Positions 44,601 through 50,600 of a stretch of 64,000 bases of DNA are shown piece after piece. This DNA is from an uncultured Victivallales bacterium. Its GTDB lineage: Bacteria > Verrucomicrobiota > Kiritimatiellia > UBA8416 > CAYOBW01. The translations under genes and the position numbers were made by a program. Each line of letters begins with the position of its first letter. The stretch's first letter is position 1. The stretch is taken from positions 24,086-88,085 of the forward strand of contig CAYOBW010000003.1 of assembly GCA_964402115.1 (NCBI GenBank). The letters run 5' to 3'. The notes beneath the pieces were generated by a model that did no database searches, had not been told where the DNA came from, and saw only the letters and a list, made by a program, of their open reading frames with translations.

Positions 44601-47600
44601 TGTGCCATCGTTGGTCAGGGGCTGCGTCGGCGGGGCGTACTCGGAAGCAAGCAGCACGTCCGTGTTCGGGTCGAATTGATCGTCGGCTGACAGGTAGACA
44701 AAGTCGTACCATCGACTGGTGGCAGCGCCGTCACCCTTGTTCTGCACCGTCCAGGAGAGGTCCACGCGCTGTCCCCAGGCGACGGTAGCTGGCGCCGTCA
44801 GGGCGGTGACCTGCAGGTCGGCCGCATTGAACGTGACCCCCTTCGACAGCACGTTGTTCGTCTCGCTGGCTTCCGCCTGGCGGTTCTCGGCGTCGGCGGC
44901 AAACAGGAAGAATACGGGGCCGGTGAGACCGGTCGGCAGGGTTGCCTCCAGCGTCACCGTGTAGGAAGCACCCGCCGCCAGCGGTGCATGGCTGCCGGCA
45001 TAGTACGAGGTGACAAGCACATCCGTGTCCGGCTCCAGGGTTTCGTTGGCAGACAGGTAGACGCGGTCACTCCAGAGGCCGGTGGCCGTGCCGGAGCCCT
45101 GGTTCTTCACGGTCCAGGAGAGTGACACACGCTGCCCCCAGACGGCCGAGGCGGGCACGGTGGCGGCAGTTACAACCAAGTCAGGGTCGCTGATGGTAAT
45201 GGCGCTGGATTTCAGATTGTTTGTTTCACTTGTCTCCGGTTGATAGCCGTACTGATCGGCGGCGAGAAGCAGGAACTTAGGTCCCACGCCGGCGAGCGGC
45301 AACCGCACCTGCAACGTCACCGTGTAACTGGCGCCGGCGGCCAGCGGGGTTTGCGCCTGGATACCCTGCCAGGCCAGTTGCACATCCCCTTCGCCCAAGG
45401 TCTCGTCGTCCGACAGGAACACGAGGTCGTACCAGTCGTTGAACGCCCCGCCCTGGCCGGAGTTGGCCACCGTCCACGTCGCCTCGATCCACTGGCCGAG
45501 GGCGCCGGTAGCGGGCGCTGTGAAGGCCGTGACGGCCAGATCGGGGGCGCTGATGGTGATGGCGCGGGCCAACAGGTTGTTCGCCTCGTTGACCTCTCCC
45601 TGCTGGTTGTAGATATCGGCAATGAAGAGGAGATAGAAGTCCCCGGTCCGGCCGTACGGGAGAACGACGGTCCTGTTCTCGGTGTAGGACGCGCCCGTCT
45701 CCAGGCCAGCCTGCGCCGCGGCGCTGAACGCGCCCAGGTAGGTATCCTGGGCATCGAACACCATGTCCGCGGAGAGATATACGCTGTCCTGCCACTCCGC
45801 CGGAGCCGCGCCTACGCCCGCGTTGCGGACGGTCCAGGAGACAGCGATGGTCTCCGCCACGGAAGCCTGCGCCGGGGCGGTTGCCCCGGTCACGGTCAGA
45901 TCGGGAGCGATCACGTTCAGCGCAACGGCGCGCGTGTTGTTGTTCTCGGCCGCTTCGCCCTGCTGCTGGCTGCCATCGGCCACGAAAAGCACGTAGTAGC
46001 TGCCAGCCGCCACGGCGGGAACCGTGATCAGGCGGGTAACCGTGTACTCCGCACCAACCGCCAGCGGCGATTGGGTGGTGATGTATTCAGCGGCGACGAA
46101 GACGTCGCTGGCATCCCACGTCTCGTCCACAGAGAGGTAGAAGTAATCCGCCCAGTCCGACAGGGCGGCAACCGTCCCGTCGTTGCGCACGGACCAACTC
46201 ACGCTGACGGACTGGTTCAGGCTGGCGGTGGCGACGGCCACGCTCGCGGCGGTGACGGTCAGGTCGGGTGCAGTCACAACCAGCGTCCGCGTCAGCGTGT
46301 TGTTCGTCTCGCTGGACTCACCCTGGTTACCGGAACCGTCAGCGACGAAAAAGAGCGTGTAGGTGCCGGGCGCCAGCGAGGTCAGCGCGGCTTCGACCGT
46401 GGCGGTGTAGCCAGCCTGCGCGGGCAGCGGGCTGCGTTCGGCCGCGCTATTGTTGACGAGCAGGCGATCGCCCCAGGTGTCGAGCGTGCCGTCGACGGAG
46501 AGATACACGCGATCATACCAGTCCGCGGGAGCAGCCGCGGACCCGATGTTCGTCACCGTCCACCCCAGGGCGATGGCCGCGCCGGAGACCGCGGTCGCCG
46601 GGGCCGTGGGCGCCGTGAGCTCGAGATCGGGCGCCGTGATCACAATCCGCGAGGCCATGACGTTATTGCCTTCGTCCGTCTCCCCCTGGACGCGGTTGCC
46701 ATCGGCTACGAAGAGCAGCCATCGCTCGCCCGTCCCTGTCGCGGGCAGGGCTACGCTACGACTCATGTCGTACGTAGCACCGGCGGCGAGGGGGGTCAGC
46801 CCCTCCGCGTTGAATGCATAGAGCAGCGCGTCCCCGCTGCCCAGCGTGGCGTCGGTGGACAGGTAAACGTAGTCGTACCAGTCCGCGACCGCAGCGACAG
46901 TGCCCGCGTTCTTGACCGTCCAGGTCACGGCCAGGGTTTCACTGAGGCTGGCGGCGCCCGGCGCGGTCACGGCTGTCACCGTCAGGTCCGGCGCGGTCAG
47001 CGCAATGGCACGTGAGGCGGTGTTGTTCGTCTCGTCGGTCTCGCCCTGCTGCTTGGCGCTGTCAGTCACGACGAGGAGGTAGCGGTTCCCGGTGGCGGAT
47101 TCGGGCAGGCGGACAGTGCGGGTCAGCACGTAGGTTTCAGCGGCGCCCAGCGCTCCCGTCAGGCTGACGGCAAAGGAGCCGACCAGCGTGTCGGCGGCGT
47201 CAAGGGTCGTGTCATCGGAAAGGTACAGGGCGTCGCTCCATGCCGTCGTGCTGGGATTCGTGCCGCTGTTGCGACCGGTCCAAGTCACCGTCACGGTCTC
47301 GCCGAGCACGGCGGCGGCTGGCGCGTCGTCGATGACCGCCGTCAGGTCGGGCGCGTTCAGGATAATGGCCACGGGCGTGACGTTGTTGTTGTCGTTGGTT
47401 TCACCCTGCGCGCTGTAGTAGTCCGTCACGAACAGAAGGTACATGCTGCCAACCGCGTTGGCCGGGAGGGTGACGTTCACGCCGCTGACCACATATTCCT
47501 GCGCGGACGAGAGCGTGTTGGTGCGCTGACGGGTCACCAGCACCGTGTCGCCGGCGTTGAGCGTGGCGTCGGCGGACAGGATGACGGCATCCCACCAAGT

Positions 47601-50600
47601 CGTCCCGGCATTACCCGCACCCTGATTCTTAGTGGTCCACCCGACCTGGATCGTCTGGCTGGCGCCGGCCGTGCCGGGCGCCTGCGGCGAGAGCACGACC
47701 AAATCGGCGGACTCGATCCGCAGGGCGGCCGAGGCCATGTTGTTATTGGTGTCGGCCTCGCCCTGGGTCCCGAGGAAGTTGGCTTGCACGAGCAGGTAGT
47801 AGTCGCCGGCCGCGACGCTGGTGGGGAGCCGGACCTGGCGCGTGAAGGTCACGCTGTTCGTAGTCGCCCAACTCACCCAGGCGGGCGCCGTGTGCATGTA
47901 GGAGATCGAAACGTACGGCGAACTGTTGTAATAAGAGACGCTGCCCCCGGTCAGGGCGCCGGAGTAGCCGTGCCCTGTCGCGTCGGCCGCTGTAGTGCCC
48001 GCGCCGTCGTTCAAGGTCCAGTACGCCTCCAGCCCGGCCTCCGTGCCCGTGAGTTCGGCGCCACGACCGGCGGTCACCAGCGCCTGGGTGCGAGCACCGC
48101 GCCATACCCGCACATCGTCAATGGCACCAACGAAATTCTGAGCAGTGCCAACCGGCGTGTTGCCGATCCACAGGTCGGAGTCCGCCGTCGTGTAACCCAG
48201 CGCGGAGGAGGTGAAGGACTGGTCGCCTTTGTAGAGGGTCACGCCCGTGCCGGGCATGAAGACTGCCGCCAGATGCTGCCAAACGCCCAGATCGACAGTC
48301 AGGCCCGTGTCCACGACACCGATCCCGTCCGTCAGCCGCCAGGTGTCACCCTGCTGAAACAGCGACCAGCCGTACTGCCCCGTGCCGTATCCGGTCGTAC
48401 CTGCCACATAGCGCGCATCCGAAGCGCCAGCCGCGGTGAGCGGCAGCACCCAGGCCTCCAACGTGTAGCCCGGCGAACCGGCGGTCTGGTCCAGGTTCAG
48501 CGTGGTGGTCAATGCCCCGTAGTCGTCGTTGAAGAACATCGCCTTCTGCCCGACGACTCGCGCCCGCACGCCGGCCCCGTTCTGCAGGTGCAGGTAGGTG
48601 TCATCCCACGAGACAGCGGCATCGGTCGAGAGCCGCAGCAGGTCGCCCCAGGTGCCGAGCGCCGTGCCGGCGCCGCTGTTGGTCACGGTCCACGAAACTT
48701 CCACCACGCCGCCACTGGAGGCACTCGCGGGGACGGTCGGCAGACCCACGACCAGGTCCGGCGCCGCGCCGAGGGTTATGGCGACAACCTTCATGTTGTT
48801 CGTGTTGAGCGTCTCGCCCTGCTGATCGTTCACGTCGGTCACGAAGAGCAGGTAGAGGGTCCCCGCCGTTGTCCCGCTCTTCGGCTTGATGTCGAAGCGC
48901 GTCGAGCGTGTGTAGGCGCCGTTCACGGCAAGCGGTCGCACACCGGTGTTGTCCAACTGCCCCAGCAGGACGTCACTCCATGTGTCCAACGTCTGGTCCG
49001 TCGAGAGGTACACGGCGTCCATCCAGGTCGCCGCCGCCACCTGCGTGCCCTGGTTCTTCACCGTCCAGGAAAGGTCAGCGGTTTGCCCCCAGTTGACCGT
49101 GCCCGCCGGGCCGGTCGCCTCGGACACGACCAAGTCCGGTGCCACGACCGTCACCGCCACCGCGAACGTGTTGTTGTTCTTGTTGCCCTCGGGCTGGCTG
49201 GCGTTCTGGTCGGCCGCAAATACCAGGTAGTAGTTGCCCGGGGTCAGGCTGGGCAGGGTGACTTCGGTGGATCCTACGTAGCTGGCGCCCACATCCAGCG
49301 GCGACTGGGTGGCGGCATTCCAGTTCGTCAGCTGCGTGCCGCCGCTGATGACGGCGCTGCTGTTGACGTAAATCACGTCATACCAGTCCCGCAGCGCAGC
49401 CGCATTGCCCTGATTCTTCACGGTCCAGTTCACCGTCACCGGTTTGCCCATGATCACGGTCTGGGGCGCTGAGGCCAGCAGGACCACCAGGTCCGGTCCC
49501 ATCAGGGTGAAGTCCTTCGCGCCGACGTTGTTGCCCTCGTTGCTTTCGAGGACGAACGGGGTTCCCGTGTCGGTCTTCACCACGATGTAGGCTGTGCCCG
49601 TCGCAAAGGAGGGCAGCGTGACGGTTTTCGTTTTGGTATAGGAACCGTTCGGTGAGAGGGGGCCACTTGCGCTGTTGACGGCCAGATAGGTGTCGCTCGC
49701 GTCCCATTTGTTGTCGGTGGAGAGGTAGAGGGTGTCGGACCAGGAACCCGTCAGGTCGCGCCCGACCGGATCGGTGTACGTGACTGTCCATGTGACGGAA
49801 ACGGTGTCGCCCACGGTGGCCGTGAAGGTCGCATCAACAGGCGTCATACGCACTTCGGCGAATCCGGCGTAACCGGAGGTGTAGTTGTGCGCCCAGGTGG
49901 CCGGGTCGGAGTCTATGACCGTGTACGTACCGGCGGGTAGCACGATATTCGGCGTGACTTCCCAAGACCTGTTACTACCCACTCCCGTCGCCGTCCAGGG
50001 ACCATACGTCGTGCCGTCCAGAGCCTGTAGTGACAAGGTGCCCGGCACCGCGCCTGAGCCATAGTTCCAGTGGTAGGTGCTTATGTACGTGACGGTTACG
50101 CTCTGACTGATCGAGAAGACCGTGGCGGCCGTGGGATTATTGCTGACACTGTAGACGTTCCCGTTGTTGAACCCGGCCATCCCGACTGTCACGTTCGTGA
50201 CCGTGAGATCGCCACCGCCCAAGGTGACGGGCGTCCCGAGAGTGTTGTTGTTCTCGTTGCTTTCGGGCGCGTACTTGTAGCCGTCGGCAAACACAAACAG
50301 GTAGCCCGTTCCGGGCACGGCCGAGTTCGGCAGCGTCACGGTGTTCGTGGCCGTATACTCGCCACCCGGAGCCAGAACCCCATTGTGATAGAAGCCGTTC
50401 AGGCTGACGTCGTTGGTGTCGAATGTCGCGTCGGCGGAGTAGTAAACGACGTCGTACCAGTAGGAGGAGGACGGGGCGTCGCCGGTGTTCTTAATCGTGT
50501 AGGTCACGGCGGTCGTGACGACCCCGTTCCCCAGCGAGGCGGGGTCGGCGCTGACCGCCGTGGTTATCAGATCCGGGCTGGTGACGGTCAGCGCGATGGC

